Source: Macrostomum lignano
Lineage: Eukaryota
DNA length: 64,000 bases
Direction: 5' to 3'
Assembly (NCBI GenBank): GCA_002269645.1
Contig: NIVC01002947.1
Coordinates: 1 to 64,000, forward strand
The notes beneath the pieces were generated by a model. The model saw only the letters and a program-made list of their open reading frames with translations, searched no databases and was not told the origin of the DNA. A program made the translations under genes and the position numbers. Position 1 is the first letter of the stretch. Each line of letters opens with the position of its first letter. Positions 15,001-28,419 of this stretch are shown in pieces.

Positions 15001-18000
15001 CGTCATGTAAAAATCATAGAAGCGTCATGTAAAAATCATAGAAGCGTCATGTAAAAATCATAGAAGCGTCATGTAAAAATCATAGAAGCGTCATGTAAAA
15101 ATCATAGAAGCGTCATGTAAAAATCATAGAAGCGTCATGTAAAAATCATAGAAGCGTCATGTAAAAATCATAGAAGCGTCATGTAAAAATCATAGAAGCG
15201 TCATGTAAAAATCATAGAAGCGTCATGTAAACAATCATAGAAGCGTCATGTAAAAATCATAGAAGCGTCATGTAAAAATCATAGAAGCGTCATGTAAAAA
15301 TCATAGAAGCGTCATGTAAAAATCATAGAAGCGTCATGTAAAAATCATAGAAGCGTCATGTAAAAATCATAGAAGCGTCATGTAAAAATCATAGAAGCGT
15401 CATGTAAAAATCATAGAAGCGTCATGTAAAAATCATAGAAGCGTCATGTAAAAATCATAGAAGCGTCATGTAAAAATCATAGAAGCGTCATGTAAAAATC
15501 ATAGAAGCGTCATGTAAAAATCATAGAAGCGTCATGTAAAAATCATAGAAGCGTCATGTAAAAATCATAGAAGCGTCATGTAAAAATCATAGAAGCGTCA
15601 TGTAAAAATCATAGAAGCGTCATGTAAAAATCATAGAAGCGTCATGTAAAAATCATAGAAGCGTCATGTAAAAATCATAGAAGCGTCATGTAAAAATCAT
15701 AGAAGCGTCATGTAAAAATCATAGAAGCGTCATGTAAAAATCATAGAAGCGTCATGTAAAAATCATAGAAGCGTCATGTAAAAATCATAGAAGCGTCATG
15801 TAAAAATCATAGAAGCGTCATGTAAAAATCATAGAAGCGTCATGTAAAAATCATAGAAGCGTCATGTAAAAATCATAGAAGCGTCATGTAAAAATCATAG
15901 AAGCGTCATGTAAAAATCATAGAAGCGTCATGTAAAAATCATAGAAGCGTCATGTAAAAATCATAGAAGCGTCATGTAAAAATCATAGAAGCGTCATGTA
16001 AAAATCATAGAAGCGTCATGTAAAAATCATAGAAGCGTCATGTAAAAATCATAGAAGCGTCATGTAAAAATCATAGAAGCGTCATGTAAAAATCATAGAA
16101 GCGTCATGTAAAAATCATAGAAGCGTCATGTAAAAATCATAGAAGCGTCATGTAAAAATCATAGAAGCGTCATGTAAAAATCATAGAAGCGTCATGTAAA
16201 AATCATAGAAGCGTCATGTAAAAATCATAGAAGCGTCATGTAAAAATCATAGAAGCGTCATGTAAAAATCATAGAAGCGTCATGTAAAAATCATAGAAGC
16301 GTCATGTAAAAATCATAGAAGCGTCATGTAAAAATCATAGAAGCGTCATGTAAAAATCATAGAAGCGTCATGTAAAAATCATAGAAGCGTCATGTAAAAA
16401 TCATAGAAGCGTCATGTAAAAATCATAGAAGCGTCATGTAAAAATCATAGAAGCGTCATGTAAAAATCATAGAAGCGTCATGTAAAAATCATAGAAGCGT
16501 CATGTAAAAATCATAGAAGCGTCATGTAAAAATCATAGAAGCGTCATGTAAAAATCATAGAAGCGTCATGTAAAAATCATAGAAGCGTCATGTAAAAATC
16601 ATAGAAGCGTCATGTAAAAATCATAGAAGCGTCATGTAAAAATCATAGAAGCGTCATGTAAAAATCATAGAAGCGTCATGTAAAAATCATAGAAGCGTCA
16701 TGTAAAAATCATAGAAGCGTCATGTAAAAATCATAGAAGCGTCATGTAAAAATCATAGAAGCGTCATGTAAAAATCATAGAAGCGTCATGTAAAAATCAT
16801 AGAAGCGTCATGTAAAAATCATAGAAGCGTCATGTAAAAATCATAGAAGCGTCATGTAAAAATCATAGAAGCGTCATGTAAAAATCATAGAAGCGTCATG
16901 TAAAAATCATAGAAGCGTCATGTAAAAATCATAGAAGCGTCATGTAAAAATCATAGAAGCGTCATGTAAAAATCATAGAAGCGTCATGTAAAAATCATAG
17001 AAGCGTCATGTAAAAATCATAGAAGCGTCATGTAAAAATCATAGAAGCGTCATGTAAAAATCATAGAAGCGTCATGTAAAAATCATAGAAGCGTCATGTA
17101 AAAATCATAGAAGCGTCATGTAAAAATCATAGAAGCGTCATGTAAAAATCATAGAAGCGTCATGTAAAAATCATAGAAGCGTCATGTAAAAATCATAGAA
17201 GCGTCATGTAAAAATCATAGAAGCGTCATGTAAAAATCATAGAAGCGTCATGTAAAAATCATAGAAGCGTCATGTAAAAATCATAGAAGCGTCATGTAAA
17301 AATCATAGAAGCGTCATGTAAAAATCATAGAAGCGTCATGTAAAAATCATAGAAGCGTCATGTAAAAATCATAGAAGCGTCATGTAAAAATCATAGAAGC
17401 GTCATGTAAAAATCATAGAAGCGTCATGTAAAAAATCATAGAAGCGTCATGTAAAAATCATAGAAGCGTCATGTAAAAATCATAGAAGCGTCATGTAAAA
17501 ATCATAGAAGCGTCATGTAAAAATCATAGAAGCGTCATGTAAAAATCATAGAAGCGTCATGTAAAAATCATAGAAGCGTCATGTAAAAATCATAGAAGCG
17601 TCATGTAAAAATCATAGAAGCGTCATGTAAAAATCATAGAAGCGTCATGTAAAAATCATAGAAGCGTCATGTAAAAATCATAGAAGCGTCATGTAAAAAT
17701 CATAGAAGCGTCATGTAAAAATCATAGAAGCGTCATGTAAAAATCATAGAAGCGTCATGTAAAAATCATAGAAGCGTCATGTAAAAATCATAGAAGCGTC
17801 ATGTAAAAATCATAGAAGCGTCATGTAAAAATCATAGAAGCGTCATGTAAAAATCATAGAAGCGTCATGTAAAAATCATAGAAGCGTCATGTAAAAATCA
17901 TAGAAGCGTCATGTAAAAATCATAGAAGCGTCATGTAAAAATCATAGAAGCGTCATGTAAAAATCATAGAAGCGTCATGTAAAAATCATAGAAGCGTCAT

Positions 18001-21000
18001 GTAAAAATCATAGAAGCGTCATGTAAAAATCATAGAAGCGTCATGTAAAAATCATAGAAGCGTCATGTAAAAATCATAGAAGCGTCATGTAAAAATCATA
18101 GAAGCGTCATGTAAAAATCATAGAAGCGTCATGTAAAAATCATAGAAGCGTCATGTAAAAATCATAGAAGCGTCATGTAAAAATCATAGAAGCGTCATGT
18201 AAAAATCATAGAAGCGTCATGTAAAAATCATAGAAGCGTCATGTAAAAATCATAGAAGCGTCATGTAAAAATCATAGAAGCGTCATGTAAAAATCATAGA
18301 AGCGTCATGTAAAAATCATAGAAGCGTCATGTAAAAATCATAGAAGCGTCATGTAAAAATCATAGAAGCGTCATGTAAAAATCATAGAAGCGTCATGTAA
18401 AAATCATAGAAGCGTCATGTAAAAATCATAGAAGCGTCATGTAAAAATCATAGAAGCGTCATGTAAAAATCATAGAAGCGTCATGTAAAAATCATAGAAG
18501 CGTCATGTAAAAATCATAGAAGCGTCATGTAAAAATCATAGAAGCGTCATGTAAAAATCATAGAAGCGTCATGTAAAAATCATAGAAGCGTCATGTAAAA
18601 ATCATAGAAGCGTCATGTAAAAATCATAGAAGCGTCATGTAAAAAATCATAGAAGCGTCATGTAAAAATCATAGAAGCGTCATGTAAAAATCATAGAAGC
18701 GTCATGTAAAAATCATAGAAGCGTCATGTAAAAATCATAGAAGCGTCATGTAAAAATCATAGAAGCGTCATGTAAAAATCATAGAAGCGTCATGTAAAAA
18801 TCATAGAAGCGTCATGTAAAAATCATAGAAGCGTCATGTAAAAATCATAGAAGCGTCATGTAAAAATCATAGAAGCGTCATGTAAAAATCATAGAAGCGT
18901 CATGTAAAAATCATAGAAGCGTCATGTAAAAATCATAGAAGCGTCATGTAAAAATCATAGAAGCGTCATGTAAAAATCATAGAAGCGTCATGTAAAAATC
19001 ATAGAAGCGTCATGTAAAAATCATAGAAGCGTCATGTAAAAATCATAGAAGCGTCATGTAAAATCATAGAAGCGTCATGTAAAAATCATAGAAGCGTCAT
19101 GTAAAAATCATAGAAGCGTCATGTAAAAATCATAGAAGCGTCATGTAAAAATCATAGAAGCGTCATGTAAACAATCATAGAAGCGTCATGTAAAAAATCA
19201 TAGAAGCGTCATGTAAAAATCATAGAAGCGTCATGTAAAAATCATAGAAGCGTCATGTAAAAATCATAGAAGCGTCATGTAAAAATCATAGAAGCGTCAT
19301 GTAAAAATCATAGAAGCGTCATGTAAACAATCATAGAAGCGTCATGTAAAAATCATAGAAGCGTCATGTAAAAATCATAGAAGCGTCATGTAAAAATCAT
19401 AGAAGCGTCATGTAAAAATCATAGAAGCGTCATGTAAAAATCATAGAAGCGTCATGTAAAAATCATAGAAGCGTCATGTAAACAATCATAGAAGCGTCAT
19501 GTAAAAATCATAGAAGCGTCATGTAAAAATCATAGAAGCGTCATGTAAACAATCATAGAAGCGTCATGTAAAAATCATAGAAGCGTCATGTAAAAATCAT
19601 AGAAGCGTCATGTAAAAATCATAGAAGCGTCATGTAAAAATCATAGAAGCGTCATGTAAAAATCATAGAAGCGTCATGTAAAAATCATAGAAGCGTCATG
19701 TAAAAATCATAGAAGCGTCATGTAAAAATCATAGAAGCGTCATGTAAAAATCATAGAAGCGTCATGTAAAAATCATAGAAGCGTCATGTAAAAATCATAG
19801 AAGCGTCATGTAAAAATCATAGAAGCGTCATGTAAAAATCATAGAAGCGTCATGTAAAAATCATAGAAGCGTCATGTAAAAATCATAGAAGCGTCATGTA
19901 AAAATCATAGAAGCGTCATGTAAAAATCATAGAAGCGTCATGTAAAAATCATAGAAGCGTCATGTAAAAATCATAGAAGCGTCATGTAAACAATCATAGA
20001 AGCGTCATGTAAAAATCATAGAAGCGTCATGTAAAAATCATAGAAGCGTCATGTAAAAATCATAGAAGCGTCATGTAAAAATCATAGAAGCGTCATGTAA
20101 AAATCATAGAAGCGTCATGTAAAAATCATAGAAGCGTCATGTAAAAATCATAGAAGCGTCATGTAAAAATCATAGAAGCGTCATGTAAAAATCATAGAAG
20201 CGTCATGTAAAAATCATAGAAGCGTCATGTAAAAATCATAGAAGCGTCATGTAAAAATCATAGAAGCGTCATGTAAAAATCATAGAAGCGTCATGTAAAA
20301 ATCATAGAAGCGTCATGTAAAAATCATAGAAGCGTCATGTAAAAATCATAGAAGCGTCATGTAAAAATCATAGAAGCGTCATGTAAAAATCATAGAAGCG
20401 TCATGTAAAAATCATAGAAGCGTCATGTAAAAATCATAGAAGCGTCATGTAAAAATCATAGAAGCGTCATGTAAAAATCATAGAAGCGTCATGTAAAAAT
20501 CATAGAAGCGTCATGTAAAAATCATAGAAGCGTCATGTAAACAATCATAGAAGCGTCATGTAAAAATCATAGAAGCGTCATGTAAAAATCATAGAAGCGT
20601 CATGTAAAAATCATAGAAGCGTCATGTAAAAATCATAGAAGCGTCATGTAAAAATCATAGAAGCGTCATGTAAACAATCATAGAAGCGTCATGTAAAAAT
20701 CATAGAAGCGTCATGTAAAAATCATAGAAGCGTCATGTAAAAATCATAGAAGCGTCATGTAAAAATCATAGAAGCGTCATGTAAAAATCATAGAAGCGTC
20801 ATGTAAAAATCATAGAAGCGTCATGTAAAAATCATAGAAGCGTCATGTAAAAATCATAGAAGCGTCATGTAAACAATCATAGAAGCGTCATGTAAAAATC
20901 ATAGAAGCGTCATGTAAAAATCATAGAAGCGTCATGTAAAAATCATAGAAGCGTCATGTAAAAATCATAGAAGCGTCATGTAAAAATCATAGAAGCGTCA

Positions 21001-24000
21001 TGTAAAAATCATAGAAGCGTCATGTAAAAATCATAGAAGCGTCATGTAAAAATCATAGAAGCGTCATGTAAAAATCATAGAAGCGTCATGTAAAAATCAT
21101 AGAAGCGTCATGTAAAAATCATAGAAGCGTCATGTAAAAATCATAGAAGCGTCATGTAAAAATCATAGAAGCGTCATGTAAAAATCATAGAAGCGTCATG
21201 TAAACAATCATAGAAGCGTCATGTAAAAATCATAGAAGCGTCATGTAAACAATCATAGAAGCGTCATGTAAAAATCATAGAAGCGTCATGTAAAAATCAT
21301 AGAAGCGTCATGTAAAAATCATAGAAGCGTCATGTAAAAATCATAGAAGCGTCATGTAAAAATCATAGAAGCGTCATGTAAAAATCATAGAAGCGTCATG
21401 TAAAAATCATAGAAGCGTCATGTAAAAATCATAGAAGCGTCATGTAAACAATCATAGAAGCGTCATGTAAAAATCATAGAAGCGTCATGTAAACAATCAT
21501 AGAAGCGTCATGTAAAAATCATAGAAGCGTCATGTAAAAATCATAGAAGCGTCATGTAAAAATCATAGAAGCGTCATGTAAAAATCATAGAAGCGTCATG
21601 TAAAAATCATAGAAGCGTCATGTAAAAATCATAGAAGCGTCATGTAAAAATCATAGAAGCGTCATGTAAAAATCATAGAAGCGTCATGTAAAAATCATAG
21701 AAGCGTCATGTAAAAATCATAGAAGCGTCATGTAAAAATCATAGAAGCGTCATGTAAAAATCATAGAAGCGTCATGTAAAATCATAGAAGCGTCATGTAA
21801 AAATCATAGAAGCGTCATGTAAACAATCATAGAAGCGTCATGTAAAAATCATAGAAGCGTCATGTAAACAATCATAGAAGCGTCATGTAAAAATCATAGA
21901 AGCGTCATGTAAACAATCATAGAAGCGTCATGTAAACAATCATAGAAGCGTCATGTAAAAATCATAGAAGCGTCATGTAAACAATCATAGAAGCGTCATG
22001 TAAAAATCATAGAAGCGTCATGTAAAAATCATAGAAGCGTCATGTAAAAATCATAGAAGCGTCATGTAAAAATCATAGAAGCGTCATGTAAAAATCATAG
22101 AAGCGTCATGTAAAAATCATAGAAGCGTCATGTAAACAATCATAGAAGCGTCATGTAAACAATCATAGAAGCGTCATGTAAACAATCATAGAAGCGTCAT
22201 GTAAACAATCATAGAAGCGTCATGTAAACAATCATAGAAGCGTCATGTAAAAATCATAGAAGCGTCATGTAAACAATCATAGAAGCGTCATGTAAAAATC
22301 ATAGAAGCGTCATGTAAACAATCATAGAAGCGTCATGTAAACAATCATAGAAGCGTCATGTAAAAATCATAGAAGCGTCATGTAAAAATCATAGAAGCGT
22401 CATGTAAAAATCATAGAAGCGTCATGTAAAAATCATAGAAGCGTCATGTAAAAATCATAGAAGCGTCATGTAAAAATCATAGAAGCGTCATGTAAACAAT
22501 CATAGAAGCGTCATGTAAAAATCATAGAAGCGTCATGTAAAAATCATAGAAGCGTCATGTAAAAATCATAGAAGCGTCATGTAAAAATCATAGAAGCGTC
22601 ATGTAAAAAATCATAGAAGCGTCATGTAAACAATCATAGAAGCGTCATGTAAAAATCATAGAAGCGTCATGTAAAAATCATAGAAGCGTCATGTAAAAAT
22701 CATAGAAGCGTCATGTAAACAATCATAGAAGCGTCATGTAAAAATCATAGAAGCGTCATGTAAAAATCATAGAAGCGTCATGTAAAAATCATAGAAGCGT
22801 CATCTAAAAATCATAGAAGCGTCATGTAAAAATCATAGAAGCGTCATGTAAAAATCATAGAAGCGTCATGTAAATAGAAGCGTCATGTAAAAATCATAGA
22901 AGCGTCATGTAAACAATCATAGAAGCGTCATGTAAAAATCATAGAAGCGTCATGTAAACAATCATAGAAGCGTCATGTAAACAATCATAGAAGCGTCATG
23001 TAAAAATCATAGAAGCGTCATGTAAAAATCATAGAAGCGTCATGTAAACAATCATAGAAGCGTCATGTAAAAATCATAGAAGCGTCATGTAAAAATCATA
23101 GAAGCGTCATGTAAAAATCATAGAAGCGTCATGTAAACAATCATAGAAGCGTCATGTAAAAATCATAGAAGCGTCATGTAAACAATCATAGAAGCGTCAT
23201 GTAAAAATCATAGAAGCGTCATGTAAAAATCATAGAAGCGTCATGTAAAAATCATAGAAGCGTCATGTAAACAATCATAGAAGCGTCATGTAAACAATCA
23301 TAGAAGCGTCATGTAAAAATCATAGAAGCGTCATGTAAAAATCATAGAAGCGTCATGTAAAAATCATAGAAGCGTCATGTAAAAATCATAGAAGCGTCAT
23401 GTAAACAATCATAGAAGCGTCATGTAAAAATCATAGAAGCGTCATGTAAAAATCATAGAAGCGTCATGTAAAAATCATAGAAGCGTCATGTAAAAATCAT
23501 AGAAGCGTCATGTAAAATCATAGAAGCGTCATGTAAACAATCATAGAAGCGTCATGTAAACAATCATAGAAGCGTCATGTAAACAATCATAGAAGCGTCA
23601 TGTAAAAATCATAGAAGCGTCATGTAAACAATCATAGAAGCGTCATGTAAAAATCATAGAAGCGTCATGTAAACAATCATAGAAGCGTCATGTAAACAAT
23701 CATAGAAGCGTCATGTAAAAATCATAGAAGCGTCATGTAAACAATCATAGAAGCGTCATGTAAAAATCATAGAAGCGTCATGTAAACAATCATAGAAGCG
23801 TCATGTAAAAATCATAGAAGCGTCATGTAAACAATCATAGAAGCGTCATGTAAAAATCATAGAAGCGTCATGTAAAAATCATAGAAGCGTCATGTAAACA
23901 ATCATAGAAGCGTCATGTAAAAAGTCATAGAAGCGTCATGTAAAAAATCATAGAAGCGTCATGTAAAAAATCATAGAAGCGTCATGTAAACAATCATAGA

Positions 24001-25510
24001 AGCGTCATGTAAAAATCATAGAAGCGTCATGTAAACAATCATAGAAGCGTCATGTAAACAATCATAGAAGCGTCATCTAAAAATCATAGAAGCGTCATGT
24101 AAAAATCATAGAAGCGTCATGTAAAAATCATAGAAGCGTCATGTAAACAATCATAGAAGCGTCATGTAAAAATCATAGAAGCGTCATGTAAACAATCATA
24201 GAAGCGTCATGTAAAAATCATAGAAGCGTCATGTAAAAATCATAGAAGCGTCATGTAAACAATCATAGAAGCGTCATGTAAAAATCATAGAAGCGTCATG
24301 TAAAAATCATAGAAGCGTCATGTAAAAATCATAGAAGCGTCATGTAAACAATCATAGAAGCGTCATGTAAACAATCATAGAAGCGTCATGTAAACAATCA
24401 TAGAAGCGTCATGTAAACAATCATAGAAGCGTCATGTAAACAATCATAGAAGCGTCATGTAAACAATCATAGAAGCGTCATGTAAACAATCATAGAAGCG
24501 TCATGTAAACAATCATAGAAGCGTCATGTAAACAATCATAGAAGCGTCATGTAAACAATCATAGAAGCGTCATGTAAACAATCATAGAAGCGTCATGTAA
24601 ACAATCATAGAAGCGTCATGTAAACAATCATAGAAGCGTCATGTAAACAATCATAGAAGCGTCATGTAAAAATCATAGAAGCGTCATGTAAACAATCATA
24701 GAAGCGTCATGTAAACAATCATAGAAGCGTCATGTAAAAATCATAGAAGCGTCATGTAAAAATCATAGAAGCGTCATGTAAAAATCATAGAAGCGTCATG
24801 TAAAAATCATAGAAGCGTCATGTAAACAATCATAGAAGCGTCATGTAAACAATCATAGAAGCGTCATGTAAACAATCATAGAAGCGTCATGTAAAAATCA
24901 TAGAAGCGTCATGTAAAAATCATAGAAGCGTCATGTAAAAATCATAGAAGCGTCATGTAAACAATCATAGAAGCGTCATGTAAAAATCATAGAAGCGTCA
25001 TGTAAAAATCATAGAAGCGTCATGTAAAAATCATAGAAGCGTCATGTAAAAATCATAGAAGCGTCATGTAAAAATCATAGAAGCGTCATGTAAAAATCAT
25101 AGAAGCGTCATGTAAACAATCATAGAAGCGTCATGTAAAAAATCATAGAAGCGTCATGTAAAAATCATAGAAGCGTCATGTAAACAATCATAGAAGCGTC
25201 ATGTAAAAATCATAGAAGCGTCATGTAAAAATCATAGAAGCGTCATGTAAAAATCATAGAAGCGTCATCTAAAAAGTCATAGAAGCGTCATGTAAAAATC
25301 ATAGAAGCGTCATGTAAAAATCATAGAAGCGTCATGTAAACAATCATAGAAGCGTCATGTAAAAAATCATAGAAGCGTCATGTAAAAAATCATAGAAGCG
25401 TCATGTAAAAAATCATAGGAGCGTCATGTAAACAATCATAGAAGCCTCATGTAAACAATCATCGAAGCGTCATTTAAAAAGTCGTAGAAGCGTCATCTAA
25501 AAAGTCATAG
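1..25510. repeat. Tandem satellite array, 22-bp unit AAAAATCATAGAAGCGTCATGT (23-bp variant AAACAATC...), about 1,150 copies, open at the window start
   Basis: Unit is directly visible throughout. Copy number is length divided by 22. Units decay at 25410-25510. Confidence 0.99.
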
Positions 25511-25557
25511 ACTAACTAACTAACTAACTAATTAACTAACTAACTAACTAACTAACT
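25511..25557 (+). repeat. (CTAA)n microsatellite between the satellite and a 3' splice site
   Basis: actaactaac... followed by tgccggcag acceptor at 25563-25565. Confidence 0.95.
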
Positions 25558-25565
25558 GCCGGCAG

Positions 25566-26189
25566 TGACTGCTGGACCACCGTGCAGCACAGGGTGTCCG
25601 GCTCAGTGGACTTTTACCGCAACTGGACTCAGTACCAGAGCGAGTTCGGTGACCGACTCGACGGAAACTACTGGATCGGTGAGCGGTGAATCCAAGATCT
25701 GCCTCATTCGCTTCCTTTTCGGTTGAGTCTGCTACGAGCTGTGCTCGATTTACAGGTCTGAACTCGCTTCACGAGCTCACGAGGTCTAAAAGCCGAAAAG
25801 TGAGGTTTTTGATCACTGATTGGGACCATTTGGAGACCTGGGCTGAGTACTCCAGCTTCTCAGTCGGTCCTGAGTCTCACAAGTATCGGCTGAACGTGTC
25901 CGGCTTCTCAACCGGCAGTGCCAAAGTGGGCGACAGCTTCTCGCACGGCAACGGCATGCAGTTCAGCACCAAGGACGCTGACAACGACATTTCCGGTTAC
26001 AGCTGCGCTCAGGAATATTCTGGAGCCTGGTGGTTCGCCGCCTGCTTTCTCGCCCATCCGAACGGACAGTACAAGAACTTCTCTGAGGCCATCGGAGGTC
26101 CGTACGCTCAGGGCATCATGTGGATTCATTTTTATGATGTTTACTACTCGCTGAAGGAGTTCGAGATGATGGTCTTTTTGACTGACTAA
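25566..26189 (+). CDS. Fibrinogen-related domain protein (ficolin/FReD-like), last two exons: join(25566..25678,25756..26189); 5' part not in window
   Basis: Spliced translation [26 protein letters not shown]...NYWIG|LNSLHELT...FSTKDADND...[23 protein letters not shown] matches FReD motifs. The 77-bp GT-AG intron 25679..25755 keeps frame. Confidence 0.9.
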
Positions 26190-27187
26190 GAAAATTTGGA
26201 CAAACTAGCTTGCATTGATTAACTGGAGTGCATTCTGGCGCATTGTCGAGGTCGATCAATAGTTACGAGTACAACTTAATACTGAACTTTCGAAAGCTTC
26301 ACTGACACTAAAAAGCAGAAAGCAAAGTTTTTATTGAGGATGCAAGAACTCGCTTTTGCGAGGTTCTAACGAACGAGTTATGTTTAAAACCTTTCGTCCC
26401 AGAAATGTAATCTGTAAGTCAAAATATTTGCAACTGCTTTATTGGCGTTGGTGAATGCAATAGCAACGCCTACAGTTATCTACCTTTCTTGACTATGCAG
26501 CCCCATTTCTTAAAACCTCTCGCTCTGCATGTCCCGCAAGCGGTTTGTCTTCAATTCTTGCTTTTTGGCTTCCTGTCTTGCGAAAGAACTTTCAGTCGTC
26601 AGCCAGCAGCCTTCCCGGACTTGCTTTGGCCTCCTGATGCAGCTGCAGCAGCAGACCTTTCAGCCCCTGCATTGCGTGCGCGCCGGCTCCGACGTTTGCC
26701 CATTTTCTTGCACCTCTTGCCACTCCGACCGGGATTCGATTGTGCAGTCAGGAGCGAAGTTTGGACGCGCAGGGGACGAGCTGCAATTCCGGCGGGCCGC
26801 GCTGCCCGGGGTTCGGGCGATCGAGGCCTGAACTAAGCTGCAGTATTCGAAAGGAAGGCAAAGAGAAAGGGTGGGCGACTGCATGGCTAAATGCGAAGGA
26901 TCGCTCTGACATTTCACCCCCTGGCCCACCAGAATTCTGCCTTTCGCCCGCTCTTCCTCCCACCGTCCTTGAACGGCAAGTCCCTGTCGAATACAACTGC
27001 AGCAGCCGGCACTTTCTCCCCAGGAGGCGGCGGAGCAACAGACGTCCCGGGCACCTTTTTCGCGATTTTTTGGCCCCGGCTATTTGCCTGTTTTCTATTT
27101 GAGTCTTTCCTGCCCCCGGCCGGGCCTCTCTTTATTCGGAAGGCGGATTTCGCAAACGAGCCACAGCAAAGGCGGCACTGACTGACC

Positions 27188-28419
27188 ATGGCGGTGCATC
27201 ACGTGAGCCTGCGCCGCCCGGACCCGTCCTACTCGTGGGGCTTCCGTCTGCAGGGCGGCATCGACTACCAGCTGCCGCTGAGTGTCGAGAGCGTCGCTCC
27301 GGGCACCGTGGCCGACCGTTGCGGCCTCGTACGCGGCGACTTCGTCGTTGGCATCAACGGCCAGCCAACGGACTACCTGCAGCACGAGGCCGCCAAGATG
27401 GCCATCATTCGGTCAGGCAACGAGGTGGCCCTCACTGTGCACCGCGGCAGCGGAGGCGGTGGAGGCGGGGGAGGCGGGGGAGGCGGCGTAGCTATCTACG
27501 AAGACTATGAAGGCAGCGGAGGCGGCGGTGGTGGCGGAGGCGGCGGTGGGGTGAACGTCTGGAGGCCGTCTGTGCAGTCGGTGACGCAGCTCTACCAGCA
27601 GCACCAGCAGCAGCGGCAGCAGCAGCAGCAGCAGCACCATGCCCCAGCCGCTAGACCCAGCGGTGTGGGAAGATTTCCCGCCGGCAGCGGCAGCATGTTC
27701 GCCGACCTGCCCAAGGTCAGTGAGAGCTGAATAGAAGTGGCACTTGGGTAGCAGTTAGTGCAACTGCTCATGATAATTATGAGTAGCAACCCCAAGGGCG
27801 GCCTGCCACGTAGTCAAGGTGTGAGCTCGAGCGCTCGCTCAAGGTTCAGCGGGTCGGCGCTGTTGCTTTGATTGATAAACTCGGACGAATTAAAAGTACA
27901 TTTCCTCCACATTAATTCGCGCAGGTGACGAACACGTCATTGGCGGCAAACAAAACGGACACGAACGTCCGTCACTACGACAACAACTACAACAGCAGCC
28001 CGAGGCCGTTCACTCCGCACGGCTACGCCTACGGCCCGGCTGCTGCACAGCGTCATCACCGAGGCGGCGGCGGCGGCGGCACCAGCAACAGCTTCCACCA
28101 GCAGCAGCCGCACAGCCCGCACCTGCAAGACTCCACCAACGTGGCTTCAAGCCACGGCTATCGGCAGGTCCGCCCGCCGGAGCCCGGCGTGCCCCGGCCA
28201 GCGCCCGGCGGCGGCGGCGGCGGCGGTTTGATTTGCGCCGCGTGCGGCGAACTCGTCCGCGGCGTCTTCGTCAACGTCCAGGGCCGGCTGCCGATGCACC
28301 CGGAGTGCTTGAAGTGCGCCGCCTGCGGTGTTGGCCTGCGCCACTGCGGCTATTACTGCGTAGAGAACCGCGTCTTCTGCGAGGCCCACGCCAGGGCGGC
28401 CACTGCCGGCGGTCTGTGA
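27188..28419 (+). CDS. PDZ and LIM domain protein (ALP/PDLIM type), about 340 aa: join(27188..27715,27925..28419)
   Basis: N-terminal PDZ (WGFRLQGGID...GD...ING...HEAA) and one C-terminal LIM domain (CAAC...HPECLKCAAC...CEAH). Gly/Gln-rich linker. Phase-0 intron gtcagt...gcag. Confidence 0.9.

Noticed and set aside
1-25510. Satellite as a CRISPR array or coding repeat
   Set aside because: Units abut with no unique spacers, there are no cas genes, and the 22-bp period brings TAG/TAA stops into every plus-strand frame.
25686-25755. N-terminus of the listed 167-aa ORF
   Set aside because: It lies within the 77-bp intron. The real frame comes from the exon at 25566-25678.
26489-27189. Several overlapping 90-120 aa ORFs upstream of the PDZ-LIM gene
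   Set aside because: No recognisable motif and no consistent splice model. GC-rich upstream sequence gives open frames by chance. A small unrecognised minus-strand gene cannot be excluded.
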